Assembly (NCBI GenBank): GCA_040753015.1
Contig: JBFMHM010000007.1
Span: 2,076 to 66,075 of the forward strand
DNA: 64,000 nt
DNA from: Candidatus Omnitrophota bacterium
GTDB lineage: Bacteria; Omnitrophota; Gorgyraeia; Gygaellales; JBFMHM01
Direction: 5' to 3'
A program made the position numbers and the translations under genes. Shown here in pieces: positions 10,060 through 20,214 of this stretch (position 1 is its first letter; every line of letters begins with the position of its first letter). The notes under the pieces are model-generated. The model was given only the letters and a program-made list of their open reading frames with translations. It did not search any database and was not told the origin of the DNA.

Positions 10060-11033
10060 TTTTTCTTTTCCTTCATTTTTTGTGAATGCTCGAGAATTTC
10101 TATAGCCTTTAATTGCCCGCGGGATTTTTCTGCAAAATCAGTATCAGGATAATAATCAATAACTATCTGATAATAAATTTTAGCGGCACCGTAAGCTTTA
10201 TTTTTAAAATAAAATTGGGCAATATCAAAATTATTCCTGGCTTCTTTATTTTTAAGTGAACCGATGTGTTCTTGGGCTTTTTGTGTAAGTTCAGCGTCGG
10301 GATGTTTACTGACAAATTCTTCAAATTTCTCACGTGCTTCTTTAGAATATTCCTGGTCATATCCAACTTTTGGCGATACTCTTTCTAGAGATGCGGCAAT
10401 CTGGAATTTCGCAGGTTCCACCCATTCACTATTCGGATAGTTTGCAATTACTTTTTCAAATTCATCTTGCGCATCAAGATAATAACCTAAATTTTTTAAA
10501 ACAAGCCCGAGTTTATATTGCGCTTTTGCTGCAAGTTTGCCATAGGGAGCATTCTCAACAACTTTTCTTAATATTTCAATAGAAGGGTTTTCTACAGGTA
10601 AGGGTATTTTACCTATTTTCCGTGTCTCACCCTCCATAAACCTTTCAGCGATTGCATATTCTCTCTCTATAACCTCATTCACGCGGCCTGAAAAAGGGTA
10701 TTTATCAATTACCTTCTGGTAAGCAAGATACGCATCATATGAATTCCCTCTATTCTCATAAGACATCCCAATATAATATTGTGATTCCGCGGCTTCAAAA
10801 CACCCGGGAAAATATTTAATAAGTTTTTGAAATTCTTCTATCGCCTTGTCATAATCCTTAGCCTGATAATAATCCATAGCCACTAAAAATTGGTCTTTAG
10901 GATTTTTTCTAACTGTGTATTTTGGATTTACAAATTTTCCGGTTTTTGGCGTCCAAATCCAGTAGGCATAGGAAATTTTAGGCAAAAATAAGCCTAAAAT
11001 TAAAATAAGAATAGTTAGAATTCGTTTGTTCAT
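10056..11033 (-). CDS. bamD: outer membrane assembly factor BamD-like TPR protein
   Basis: Signal peptide, TPR repeats, YDQ...F..FV..HP, IAQFY...AAKIYY motifs. Confidence 0.75.
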   Translation of the reverse strand: MNKRILTILILILGLFLPKISYAYWIWTPKTGKFVNPKYTVRKNPKDQFLVAMDYYQAKDYDKAIEEFQKLIKYFPGCFEAAESQYYIGMSYENRGNSYDAYLAYQKVIDKYPFSGRVNEVIEREYAIAERFMEGETRKIGKIPLPVENPSIEILRKVVENAPYGKLAAKAQYKLGLVLKNLGYYLDAQDEFEKVIANYPNSEWVEPAKFQIAASLERVSPKVGYDQEYSKEAREKFEEFVSKHPDAELTQKAQEHIGSLKNKEARNNFDIAQFYFKNKAYGAAKIYYQIVIDYYPDTDFAEKSRGQLKAIEILEHSQKMKEKKK

Positions 11034-11089
11034 AGTTTTAATAATTTACCATAGAGGGATGAGTGTGTAAAGCGTAATTTATATCACTA

Positions 11090-11266
11090 TTACGCTATCG
11101 CCTCGATTTGAATTAGGCTTAAGTCAATACCCCCTGGATCTGGTTGGATTTCTGTAGGGGCAGATCCATGTATCTGCCCAGATAAAATAGGCATTGCCTC
11201 GCCAGCTTGAGCTATATAAGCAACTGCTCGGTCTATGATTAAATTTTGTTTAATCCTTTCGCATCT
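11090..11266 (-). pseudogene. orphan C-terminal fragment paralogous to the end of the giant protein
   Basis: Open frame ...LIIDRAVAYIAQAGEA...PTEIQPDPGGIDLSLIQIEAIA*; ~50 bp near-identical to 12635-12684. Confidence 0.75.
11154..11179 (+). repeat. GTAG-family REP-like hairpin
   Basis: GTAG-GGGCAGAT-CCATGT-ATCTGCCC, perfect 8-bp stem preceded by GTAG. Confidence 0.7.
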
Positions 11267-12517
11267 TCATTCCTTTAATAAATATTTCCACGCAGGAATA
11301 ACTTCTATCATTTGGCCTGCTTCCTTCAGCATCCTCTCATTATCCTTAGAAATAACAGATATTTTTTTGTTTTTCGGAAATCTTTTTAAAAAAAGCCTTA
11401 AGCCATCAAATTTTTTGTCTTTCAGGTTAATTTCGGATTGATATTTAACTTCTACCGCACCTAGAACATGAAAATTACTAAATACAAAATCAATCTCCTT
11501 TTCACTTTCTGCAAAATAACCTATTCTGGGCTGTTTTTTAAAAAGACATAGAAATACCGCATTTTCCACTTTTACACCTAAATCACCTTTTCCTGTTAAA
11601 ACGGTTTTTATTCCACTATCAAAAAGGTAATTCTTTTTTTGTGAATATACCCGTTCATTATAAGATGTTGCCCATTTTTCAAGCGGCTTAATTAAAAAAG
11701 ATGCTTCCAAATACCCAATATATTCCTTAACTGTATCAACTGCGATTCCTAATATATTGCCAAGTTTATTAAAACTTGTCCGCGAACCAACAGAGCTAGC
11801 TATAAGCATCAAAAGATCTTTTAAAACAGATATACGTTTTATACTATGTAACCTAACAATATCTCGCACTAGAATATCATCTATCAAATTATTCAAATAA
11901 TCATCTGAAGGATGAAGCGCATTTTCAGGATATCCTCCCCGCATAAGATACTCCTCAAATAGAGCTTCAAATTTATAATCCTCAGACTTTGAAGGTAATT
12001 CTTTTTTAAAAGAAAGATATTCTTTAAAATTTAACGGATATATCACTGTAACGATTTGCCGGCCCGCAAGCCTTCCCTCTTGCCTTTTAATTAAAGAAGA
12101 TGTAGAACCGCTGCAAATTATTTTAACATTTTCTAAATCATACATCGATTTTAGCTCTATCTCCCAACCAGGAGTTTCCTGTATTTCATCCAAAAAAAGA
12201 TAAAGTTTTTTTGAACGCGAATGCATAAAAATTTTTCTAAATAATTTAAGGTGTTCCGTAATGGTAGTTTTAGATAAACGTGGATTATCAAGGCTTAAAT
12301 AAATAATATCTTTTGCCGGAATATTTTTGTGTAAGCACCATTTTATTAGCTGTTTTATAATTGTAGTTTTACCAACCCGCCTTGACCCAATAATTATATC
12401 TATTTGCTTACGGCTAAAAATTTTTTCTATTTTACCTAAATAATCTGTTCTTTGTATGCCACATTCAAATTTTTTATTCTCCCACCAAGGGTTAAAAGCA
12501 TAATACAAATCCTCCAT
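11267..12517 (-). CDS. AAA_14 + DUF4143 family ATP-binding protein
   Basis: NPWW, GSRRVGKT, FLDEIQ, CSGS, GGYPE, K.YLFDSG, EIDF...AVEVK. Confidence 0.9.
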   Translation of the reverse strand: MEDLYYAFNPWWENKKFECGIQRTDYLGKIEKIFSRKQIDIIIGSRRVGKTTIIKQLIKWCLHKNIPAKDIIYLSLDNPRLSKTTITEHLKLFRKIFMHSRSKKLYLFLDEIQETPGWEIELKSMYDLENVKIICSGSTSSLIKRQEGRLAGRQIVTVIYPLNFKEYLSFKKELPSKSEDYKFEALFEEYLMRGGYPENALHPSDDYLNNLIDDILVRDIVRLHSIKRISVLKDLLMLIASSVGSRTSFNKLGNILGIAVDTVKEYIGYLEASFLIKPLEKWATSYNERVYSQKKNYLFDSGIKTVLTGKGDLGVKVENAVFLCLFKKQPRIGYFAESEKEIDFVFSNFHVLGAVEVKYQSEINLKDKKFDGLRLFLKRFPKNKKISVISKDNERMLKEAGQMIEVIPAWKYLLKE

Positions 12518-12543
12518 AATAACCTCGCTTTCTTATTTAATAT

Positions 12544-12601
12544 AATATATATGAAATCGAAACTTTTGTCAAATAATTTCTATTACAATCGAAACTTTTG
12601 T
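12544..12601 (-). promoter_or_regulatory. promoter TTGACA-17-TATATT overlapped by a 15-bp direct repeat (candidate operator)
   Basis: aatcgaaacttttgt at 12555-12569 and 12587-12601; -35 at 12567-12572, -10 at 12544-12549. Confidence 0.6.
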
Positions 12602-12612
12602 ATTAGAAAAAT

Positions 12613-15600
12613 TCAACTAATTAAAGGTTGGATCTGAATTAGGCTTAAGTCAATACCCCCTGGGTCTGGTTGGATTTCCGTAGGAACACCCTGTGCCTGT
12701 TCAATAGACACTCTATCGCCAGCCACTGTTGCAACATATGCCTCTGCGCGCTCAACTAACGTAGGTTCAGCTTGACCAGTGCGTTCGGTAATTTCTGTTG
12801 GCGATGCACCAACTTGCCTAAGTAGCTGCTCTATTGGATTGCCTGATCTACCACCTTGAACCAATGTTAATCTTGACGGTGGATTTTTAGAATCCGAACT
12901 ACCTGGTTCGTTTCCTGATTCTAGATTAGGATCTAGTGCTTCGGACGCTAACACGCCTAACCTAATTAATTGTGGAATACATTCTGCATCGCCATGATAT
13001 CCTTGCCATTGGCCTTCGTAAAGCGAAAGATGCATCTGTCTATTAATATCTAGAGCAACAATAAAACTTATATTTTTATACTTACCCCAAAGAAATTCAG
13101 CTCTAGAATTATCTTCGTCGCTTGGCTTAACATTATGACCTTCTTCGGGATGATAATGTCCCTGGACATCCTCTATCTGCGATAAAACTCCATTGTAATG
13201 ATGATAATCACCTAGGATTTCATTAACTGAATCAAAATTTCCTGATACACATAATAATATAGTTTCTTTACCTCTTCTTATAACTCTAAAACCCTTTTCT
13301 ATAGCCATTGCGGTAGACAAGATATCTCTAAATTGCGCAACTGTTAAGCTCTTAAGAACAACTATTCTATGTTCAATTCCACTAGGCATTACCAATGATT
13401 TTCGATCTAAGGATTGTTCTATCTTACCCAATAAATCTATCAGCATATCAACTCCTTTAACTCTTTTTCTAGCCTCCTCTATTATTAATTCGCCTATTAT
13501 ATTTGAAAAAATTTCCTTATCTTCATCGATAAATATGCCGTTTTTCCCATAAACATCATTTTGAAATCTTTCAATTATTCTCGCTATCAAAATTTTTAAA
13601 TCTCTCTCATATCTTTTAGTTTTAGTACTAGGATTATCGAGATTTAATCGAATAGCCAATAATAACTCATTTCTGAATATCTCAATAACGCGCTGCATTG
13701 CTTGTTCCCTCTCTCTTTTTGGTATATCACTAGAATGGGTATTATCCAGCAGAGGCCACATTAATTCATCGCTATATTCAATATCACTACAGTCAACACT
13801 TACATCAGTGCCATCATCGAATTTAATCTCTATCATTTTACTACCAAATAAATCTATCCAATTAATTACTCCCTCTTTTCCATTAAATAAAACGCGATCT
13901 CTCTTATGATATAAAATACCCTTAATCGTTAAAGAATCTGCCAGCCCTACACCTGCCGCGGGATTTATTTCCGTATCTGCCACTTCCACACTTGGTGCTT
14001 CTTCACTTGTAGCACAGCTATATTTTGTAAGTAATGGCTCAACATTGTAAGATCGATTTGCTTGTGCATGCAGGCGATTATTTTGTGCATGAGTGATGTG
14101 ATTGCGACGATCAGCGCCGGTGTAATACTGTAATTCAGCATCCCATCCTTGTGCTTCTGTTATTTCATGGCCAAGGACTGTTTGATATTCTGGATTGCTT
14201 TCTCCTAAATTAAATATCTCTTCGTCCATATACACTACAATTTGCCCATAGCTTGCGCCTAAACCAATGTGGCCAAGCTGGCCAGCTGATGAGCCGTCGG
14301 GATGTTTTAGTTCTTTTAAGCCTTTTACTGGGATAATATAAATACCGTTTACTTCTCGAACTAAGCCCTGTTTTTCTGCTGCTTTTAAAGCGGCTAACCG
14401 TCTCGCCCAAAGCCTTGCATCGCCTTCGCCAGGGTTTCTTTCAATATACACTGCCTCTGGAATATTCCTTATACCTTTATCATCTTTACCTCTAATATGC
14501 TCACTTAGCTTTGAGTTAGGCAGCAACGCACCAGAGCCAGCTGCGGGGTTAGTGTCGTCTTTACTGAATCGCACTAAGAGTCTCTTTACCAAATCTGAAA
14601 TCCTCGTTAATATTGATTGTCTATGTCCATACCACAGTTTTAAGTTTGTAATTGAATACTTTGAATCTGCTGGAAAGTTCTCTTGAATTTTTTGTGTAAT
14701 ATTAGCTTTTTTACTAGTGAGTTTTACCATTGCTACATTGATATTAACACGATTAGAGCCTGTGCTATCGCTTACAGCTACTAACACTTGTTCATAGCCG
14801 TTTTTTTGTGCTATTTCTTGGGTTAATTTATTAAGTAACTGTTCTACGAAAGCCTCTGCATTAAGCCTATTTGCAAGAGGAGTCCTTGGCTCAATACCAA
14901 CTATAACTAAAGACTTTTTGCCATTTATAATTAGAGTAAGCGTATATATTGAACCAACAATTCTGCCGTTTTCAATTATTCTGATTGGAGTAAAATTAGG
15001 ATTAAGTAGTTCTTGCGGATAATCTTTTGTACAGTCTTCTCCAAGGTAACCAAAGAAGTAATCTAGTGATGTTTTTGCCGGAATAAATTCAAGATCTATA
15101 ACTTCTGTTCCTTGTTCGGTTGTTATTCTTTGTTTAACAATGCCGGCTACGCGGGTTAGGCCGCTTACCTCGTCAATTACTTGCCTTGTTTCAATATTTG
15201 CTTCTGGTTTTATTTCAGTGAGAATTTCTTTTAAGGTGTATAAGTTTTGCGCGGTTAAAGGATTATCTAGGCTAATTGCATCTAGGGTTTGTTTTAAATG
15301 TGGATTAACAATTAAAACTAATGTTAGCATAAGATCTAAAGAACCTTGAACTTGTTTAATAGTTGGAGTGCCTGAAGCATGTTGTGTATTTAAGGTGATA
15401 ATTTCTTTTATTATCGCGGGATAATCTATTGTTGCGGCATTGGCAGTTAGATATGTTTGGATTTCTTGTTCTATTAGAGAATAATTTCTTTCTTTAGGGG
15501 CTTTTGCTAGTTCTTCTTGTATAGCTGATTGAGTTTGTAAACTAACAACTAAGGCTCGTAAGTTTTCAGGTAATTCATCTAATCTTTGTAATTTAATAAA

Positions 15601-18600
15601 TCTCTCAGTAATTAATTTTGCTAACACCTCTGGTGGAGCTCTTTGAGATAACTGCTTAAGATGGGTAAGCTTTTCTCGGACAAAGGCCTCTTCTTCAGTA
15701 GTTATTCCTTGAAGAACCAATATTCCTGAATATGCCTGCATTGTAAAAGAAGTTGTAAAGTTTGGTTGTGGTATTACTTCATTTTTATATCGTTCTCTTG
15801 TAGAACGATAGGTTTCAAGAGGAAGATTAGTTGAGCCGACAATAGACAGATGCGTTTCTTCTATCAGCTCGTCATCAATAAGGCCTTGTTCTGGTTCGGT
15901 ACCTTCAATAAATGAATCATAATAGAGCTTATAGTTAACTATAAGCCTAGCCCGTTCTTGGCCTTGTAATTGCTTAAACCTAGCGTATAGCTTAGATAGA
16001 TATAAGGATATTTCAAATTGGCTAAAATACCTGCTTATTAAATTTAATTCTTTCTGGATATTCTCTGGAGTAAGTGTTCTTAAGAATGCGTTGTTATTCT
16101 CTAAATTTGCCCCTGATTGCCTGAAGAATCTAATTAATAAATTATAGGTGTTTTCTTCTTTTAACTGCTCTAAGGTAAAGCCATTATTAAGAAGAATTAA
16201 TAATGCCCTTGCTACTGGTGCTTCTTTAAGATTAGTTTCTCTGCAAACTTTGGTTAAAAATTTATCCATCTCATTACTTACTTCATTAACTAATGTTTTA
16301 TCTGCCGTGGTAAGCGTCTCTGCCACAGCTTGAGCAATAGAAGCGAAAGTTTTGGCTTGCAAGTAAGGATCATTAGGGAGTTTTTCTGCTGCGGCAATAG
16401 CTTTAGCAAAAACAACAGCTGCTTCTTGTTCTGGCCTACCTGCTTGTGCCACAGCTTGAGCAATAGAAGCGAAAGTTTGGGCTTGCAAGTAAGGATCATT
16501 AGGGAGTTTTTCTGCTGCTAAGGCAAGGGCTTGTTCAAACCTACCTGCTTGTGCCATAGCTTGAGCAATAGAAGCAAAAATTTGGGCTTGCAAGGAAGGA
16601 TTATTAGTGAGTTTTTCTGCTGCTAAGGCAAGGGCTTGTTCAAACCTACCTGCTTGTGCCACAGCTTGAGCAATAGAAGCGAAAGTTTTGGCTTGCAAGT
16701 AAGGATCATTAGTGAGTTTTTCTGCTGCTAAGGCAAGGGCTAAACGCAAAATTAAATTCTGTTTATGAGCTAATTTTTTAACGATTACTTGTTCATCATC
16801 TGCAACTGTAGCTACTCCTGCCGCGGGATTTGTTTCATTATCTACCACTTCCACACTTGGTGCTTCTTCACTTGTAGCACAGCCGTATTTTGCAAGTAAT
16901 GGCTCGACATTGTGAGTTTGATTTGCATTAGTGTGCAGGCGAGTATTTTGTGCGTGAGTGATGTGATTACGACGATCTGCTCCTATGTAAAATTGTAATT
17001 CAGTATCCCAACCTTGTGCTTCTGTTATTTCATGGCCAAGGACTGTTTGATATTCTGGATTGCTTTCTCCTAAATTAAATATCTCTTCGTCCACATACAC
17101 TACAATTTGCCCATAGCTTGCACCTAAACCTATGTGCCCAAGCTGGCCTGCTTTTGTACCGTCAGGATGTTTAAGATCTTTTAAACCTTTTACGGGAATG
17201 ATGTAAATACCGTTTACTTCTCGAACTAAGCCTTGTTTTTCAGCTGCTTTTAAAGCGGCTAACCGTCTCGCCCAAAGCCTTGCATCGCCTTCGCCAGGGT
17301 TTCTTTCAACATAGACTGCCTCTGGAATATTTCCGCGTTTAGCAATATGTTTACTTAACTCTGAATTAGGCAGCAACGCACCAGAGCCTGCGGCGGGGTT
17401 GATGGAAGATTTAAATGCTGTAACTTCATGATCAAGTCGTACAAGAAAGCTATCTTTCTCTAATAAATCTGTAAGAAAAATGCCTTTTGGGCTGTTTAAA
17501 ATCTCTCCTAAAAGATTAGAATCATGTATTAAAAGCCATCTTACAAAAGCAGCCGAGACAAAAATTTTTCCCTGATCCACAAAACTTATAGCAACCCCCG
17601 TTTCTGCGTCTTCAAAAATAAAATCTACATCTTTTAATAATACAACCTCTGAAGCTCTGTCTCCTAATGATTGAATAACATCCCTAAAGCCAGCGATCAT
17701 ATTATCATTAAAACCAAAATCACACCTTAATCTATTTTGGGAATCTCTAGGTTCTAAGGGCCTGAAAGTCGTTCTTTCAGGAAGAGGGTCTAGATAATCT
17801 ATAAAAGGCTCATATAAAACGATATTTCCTTCTCTAACAACAGCTCCACATGCTCTATTACGCCTTAAAGAATCGGCGATTTTTCGTTGAGCATGATTGC
17901 TGAGTGCCCTTACCTGGCGAGACCAAAGAAATTCACAAATAAATGAACCGAGCAGATCGGATAAGCGATGTCGTAAAATAGAATCGTCCAACTTAGCCCT
18001 CTCTAAATCTACCAACCTCTCTAAATCTGCCGGGCTTCTCCTTAAGATCCAAATCAAAAATTCTTCACTAATCCAAAATCTATTATCCCTAAAATGACTC
18101 ACGATAGCACTGCGTTTTTCTGAATCGTAATAAATAAATGGTCTAGATCGCAAAATAGCTAAAGATATCCCTCGGCTACGTAAATATGTTAAGAATAACT
18201 CAACTCGTCTTTTATCTAAATCGCCAAATTGAATCCCTTCTCCTTCTGGAATAATCCTTCTCACCCTAAAGCCTACTCGGCTAACCCTTGGGATAGATGT
18301 TTGAACAAGCTGATTATCGCTTCCTAAGCTCAATTCAAGAGCTTTTTCTACACCGTTTTCAACAGCACTAGCTAAAATAGAAGATATTTCTGCTTCGTAT
18401 TGCACAGTATCTTCATGAGCTACTTCGTCTTGCGGCCCTTGAACATTTTCTCTTTCTAAACCTAAGCCTTCTTCAACACTGTCTTCCTCTGCTAAGACAA
18501 TCGAAGCTAAGTCGGCTAGTTCGCTATCAGATAAATTTAATGAAAAATTCACTTTTAACTGGCGTAGTAAAATTATTAGTATTTCGTTAGGCAAAGAACC

Positions 18601-20214
18601 AGTCTTATCCCCCTGTAAACATGAAAGTTGATCTCTGTAAATTTCTAGACTCCTCTTATCAAGAGGCACTCGGCCTGGACTACTTTTATTAGACATAAGT
18701 ATAAGAATTACCTTTCCTATCATTTGTTTTTTGATTGTTCTAAGAGCAGCAAAAAACTTTAAATTATTCAATTTAACCTCGGGATACGAAAGTAATCGGG
18801 TAATCGCTACTCCTGCTGCCTCTTTAATAATACCAGCTTGTTTTCCATGTATTTTACCTAGAAATAACAAAGAGTCTCTAATGTTTGAGCTACCTCTAAA
18901 CATAATGCGAATCATAAGAACTACACCGGCTAACTTATTAAGTTCATCTAGTATTTCTTGGAAGTTCAATTTAGTATATATATGCCACATCTGGTCATAA
19001 GACATATTCAAACTTCCCGCTTGAAGGCGAACATAAACCTCTGGTAATGCTTTCTCTATTTGAAATGTTGTAATTGATTTTGCACCCGGAGAAGCTAAAT
19101 CTGAATCTTCAAAATAAGTACTCAGCATCATTTCTATTAAAAACTTTTTAGCAATACTTCTTTCAGTAGGACTAAGTTCCGACATAAAACTAATATCTAA
19201 TCTATCTGCTACACTCTGAATAACCTGACTTTTACTTAATAAACAACGTTGAAGATATCTTGAAAGTTTTTCTCGTGCTTCTGATGACCTATCTTCTAGC
19301 ATATGCAGTGGAACACGAATAATTCCATCTTCCGAAATAGCAAATTCGGTTAATTCAATATCAACTAGCAGAATTACTAAGCCTGAGCATTCATTTTCTA
19401 ACCAAGGATATAATTTAATGGCTTTCTTCAATACATCCTCAAAATAATCTAATTTTTCTTTCACAATAAGAATAGTGGCTGTGGAATCACGCGTGCCCTC
19501 TCGCTTTAATTTATTTGCGCTCATTCGATATTGAGCAAAATTTACATTAGATTGTTGTTGTCTTAATAATTCAGCTCTTACTCTTAAAGCTGTAAGGGCA
19601 TTTTCTTGCCCTGCACCAGCACGCATAGCTTGATATCCAAAATAGAACAAACGGATATACTCCCATGGATTAATGTAAGAATTATCTTGCTGGCCAACCG
19701 AAGCCGTTTGGACTTGTATTTCTTTGGTAATTTCACTAATACCAAAGATAAAAGTTAAGTAATCTTTTTCTTTTTGACTGCGCTCTTTATCAGGCGCATA
19801 ATTTGCTAAATTTCTTTGCTCATCAGACAACGGAACCCCCCAACCTAATTCTTTATTTGCCCAAAGAGCCGTATCCATCTGTTCTCTGCTTGACTTAAGC
19901 GAAACAGCCTGACAATTTGATTCAATCATTTGGATAAAACTAATTTCTGGATTAATAATAAAAACTGTTCCATTATCTAAAACCACCTCAAATGCAACTG
20001 TTTCCTTGCCGCGCAATAATCTGCGTAATGTAGCGTGATGAGCACCTTGAGCAACAGCTAATTCTTCGATATTTGTAATTCCTTGAAGTTGGTATTTTTT
20101 AGGAAGGGCTTTATGTGTTAAGTCGGGATAACTAATATTCCAATGATGTTCATTGGCAAGCTCACTAATCGCATTGGTTAATTCGGGTGATCGATCTTGG
20201 GGGTTATTTTTTTT
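12613..20214 (-). CDS. giant modular protein, C-terminal part (frame open back to the A8 run at 20207-20214)
   Basis: 2467-aa ORF whose frame has no stop from 20016 up to the A8 run. Contains a duplicated HEITE module, 35-aa repeats, JAMM motif HYHP...SDED and C-terminal GGIDL. Confidence 0.85.
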   Translation of the reverse strand, partial: KKNNPQDRSPELTNAISELANEHHWNISYPDLTHKALPKKYQLQGITNIEELAVAQGAHHATLRRLLRGKETVAFEVVLDNGTVFIINPEISFIQMIESNCQAVSLKSSREQMDTALWANKELGWGVPLSDEQRNLANYAPDKERSQKEKDYLTFIFGISEITKEIQVQTASVGQQDNSYINPWEYIRLFYFGYQAMRAGAGQENALTALRVRAELLRQQQSNVNFAQYRMSANKLKREGTRDSTATILIVKEKLDYFEDVLKKAIKLYPWLENECSGLVILLVDIELTEFAISEDGIIRVPLHMLEDRSSEAREKLSRYLQRCLLSKSQVIQSVADRLDISFMSELSPTERSIAKKFLIEMMLSTYFEDSDLASPGAKSITTFQIEKALPEVYVRLQAGSLNMSYDQMWHIYTKLNFQEILDELNKLAGVVLMIRIMFRGSSNIRDSLLFLGKIHGKQAGIIKEAAGVAITRLLSYPEVKLNNLKFFAALRTIKKQMIGKVILILMSNKSSPGRVPLDKRSLEIYRDQLSCLQGDKTGSLPNEILIILLRQLKVNFSLNLSDSELADLASIVLAEEDSVEEGLGLERENVQGPQDEVAHEDTVQYEAEISSILASAVENGVEKALELSLGSDNQLVQTSIPRVSRVGFRVRRIIPEGEGIQFGDLDKRRVELFLTYLRSRGISLAILRSRPFIYYDSEKRSAIVSHFRDNRFWISEEFLIWILRRSPADLERLVDLERAKLDDSILRHRLSDLLGSFICEFLWSRQVRALSNHAQRKIADSLRRNRACGAVVREGNIVLYEPFIDYLDPLPERTTFRPLEPRDSQNRLRCDFGFNDNMIAGFRDVIQSLGDRASEVVLLKDVDFIFEDAETGVAISFVDQGKIFVSAAFVRWLLIHDSNLLGEILNSPKGIFLTDLLEKDSFLVRLDHEVTAFKSSINPAAGSGALLPNSELSKHIAKRGNIPEAVYVERNPGEGDARLWARRLAALKAAEKQGLVREVNGIYIIPVKGLKDLKHPDGTKAGQLGHIGLGASYGQIVVYVDEEIFNLGESNPEYQTVLGHEITEAQGWDTELQFYIGADRRNHITHAQNTRLHTNANQTHNVEPLLAKYGCATSEEAPSVEVVDNETNPAAGVATVADDEQVIVKKLAHKQNLILRLALALAAEKLTNDPYLQAKTFASIAQAVAQAGRFEQALALAAEKLTNNPSLQAQIFASIAQAMAQAGRFEQALALAAEKLPNDPYLQAQTFASIAQAVAQAGRPEQEAAVVFAKAIAAAEKLPNDPYLQAKTFASIAQAVAETLTTADKTLVNEVSNEMDKFLTKVCRETNLKEAPVARALLILLNNGFTLEQLKEENTYNLLIRFFRQSGANLENNNAFLRTLTPENIQKELNLISRYFSQFEISLYLSKLYARFKQLQGQERARLIVNYKLYYDSFIEGTEPEQGLIDDELIEETHLSIVGSTNLPLETYRSTRERYKNEVIPQPNFTTSFTMQAYSGILVLQGITTEEEAFVREKLTHLKQLSQRAPPEVLAKLITERFIKLQRLDELPENLRALVVSLQTQSAIQEELAKAPKERNYSLIEQEIQTYLTANAATIDYPAIIKEIITLNTQHASGTPTIKQVQGSLDLMLTLVLIVNPHLKQTLDAISLDNPLTAQNLYTLKEILTEIKPEANIETRQVIDEVSGLTRVAGIVKQRITTEQGTEVIDLEFIPAKTSLDYFFGYLGEDCTKDYPQELLNPNFTPIRIIENGRIVGSIYTLTLIINGKKSLVIVGIEPRTPLANRLNAEAFVEQLLNKLTQEIAQKNGYEQVLVAVSDSTGSNRVNINVAMVKLTSKKANITQKIQENFPADSKYSITNLKLWYGHRQSILTRISDLVKRLLVRFSKDDTNPAAGSGALLPNSKLSEHIRGKDDKGIRNIPEAVYIERNPGEGDARLWARRLAALKAAEKQGLVREVNGIYIIPVKGLKELKHPDGSSAGQLGHIGLGASYGQIVVYMDEEIFNLGESNPEYQTVLGHEITEAQGWDAELQYYTGADRRNHITHAQNNRLHAQANRSYNVEPLLTKYSCATSEEAPSVEVADTEINPAAGVGLADSLTIKGILYHKRDRVLFNGKEGVINWIDLFGSKMIEIKFDDGTDVSVDCSDIEYSDELMWPLLDNTHSSDIPKREREQAMQRVIEIFRNELLLAIRLNLDNPSTKTKRYERDLKILIARIIERFQNDVYGKNGIFIDEDKEIFSNIIGELIIEEARKRVKGVDMLIDLLGKIEQSLDRKSLVMPSGIEHRIVVLKSLTVAQFRDILSTAMAIEKGFRVIRRGKETILLCVSGNFDSVNEILGDYHHYNGVLSQIEDVQGHYHPEEGHNVKPSDEDNSRAEFLWGKYKNISFIVALDINRQMHLSLYEGQWQGYHGDAECIPQLIRLGVLASEALDPNLESGNEPGSSDSKNPPSRLTLVQGGRSGNPIEQLLRQVGASPTEITERTGQAEPTLVERAEAYVATVAGDRVSIEQAQGVPTEIQPDPGGIDLSLIQIQPLIS
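13951..14550 (-). repeat. internal duplication copy 2 (~200-aa module between NPAAG linkers)
   Basis: Nearly identical to 16816-17400 in DNA and protein. Confidence 0.95.
16320..16742 (-). repeat. 105-bp (35-aa) tandem helical/TPR-like repeats
   Basis: ALALAAEKLxNDPYLQAxTFASIAQAVAQAGRFEQ x3 plus a fourth variant copy. Confidence 0.92.
16816..17400 (-). repeat. internal duplication copy 1
   Basis: NPAAGSGALLPNS...LGHEITEAQGWD...EEAPSVEV...NPAAG. Confidence 0.95.

Noticed and set aside
11109-12684. Direct repeats around the AAA ATPase as transposon TSD or att sites
   Set aside because: No transposase or integrase; similarity continues at protein level only, pointing to a paralog remnant.
16320-16742. 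Regular DNA repeats as a possible CRISPR array
   Set aside because: In-frame 105-bp coding repeats with no unique spacers and no cas genes.
13951-17400. Duplicated segments as a DGR template/variable repeat pair
   Set aside because: Differences are not adenine-specific, both copies are coding, and there is no reverse transcriptase in the window.
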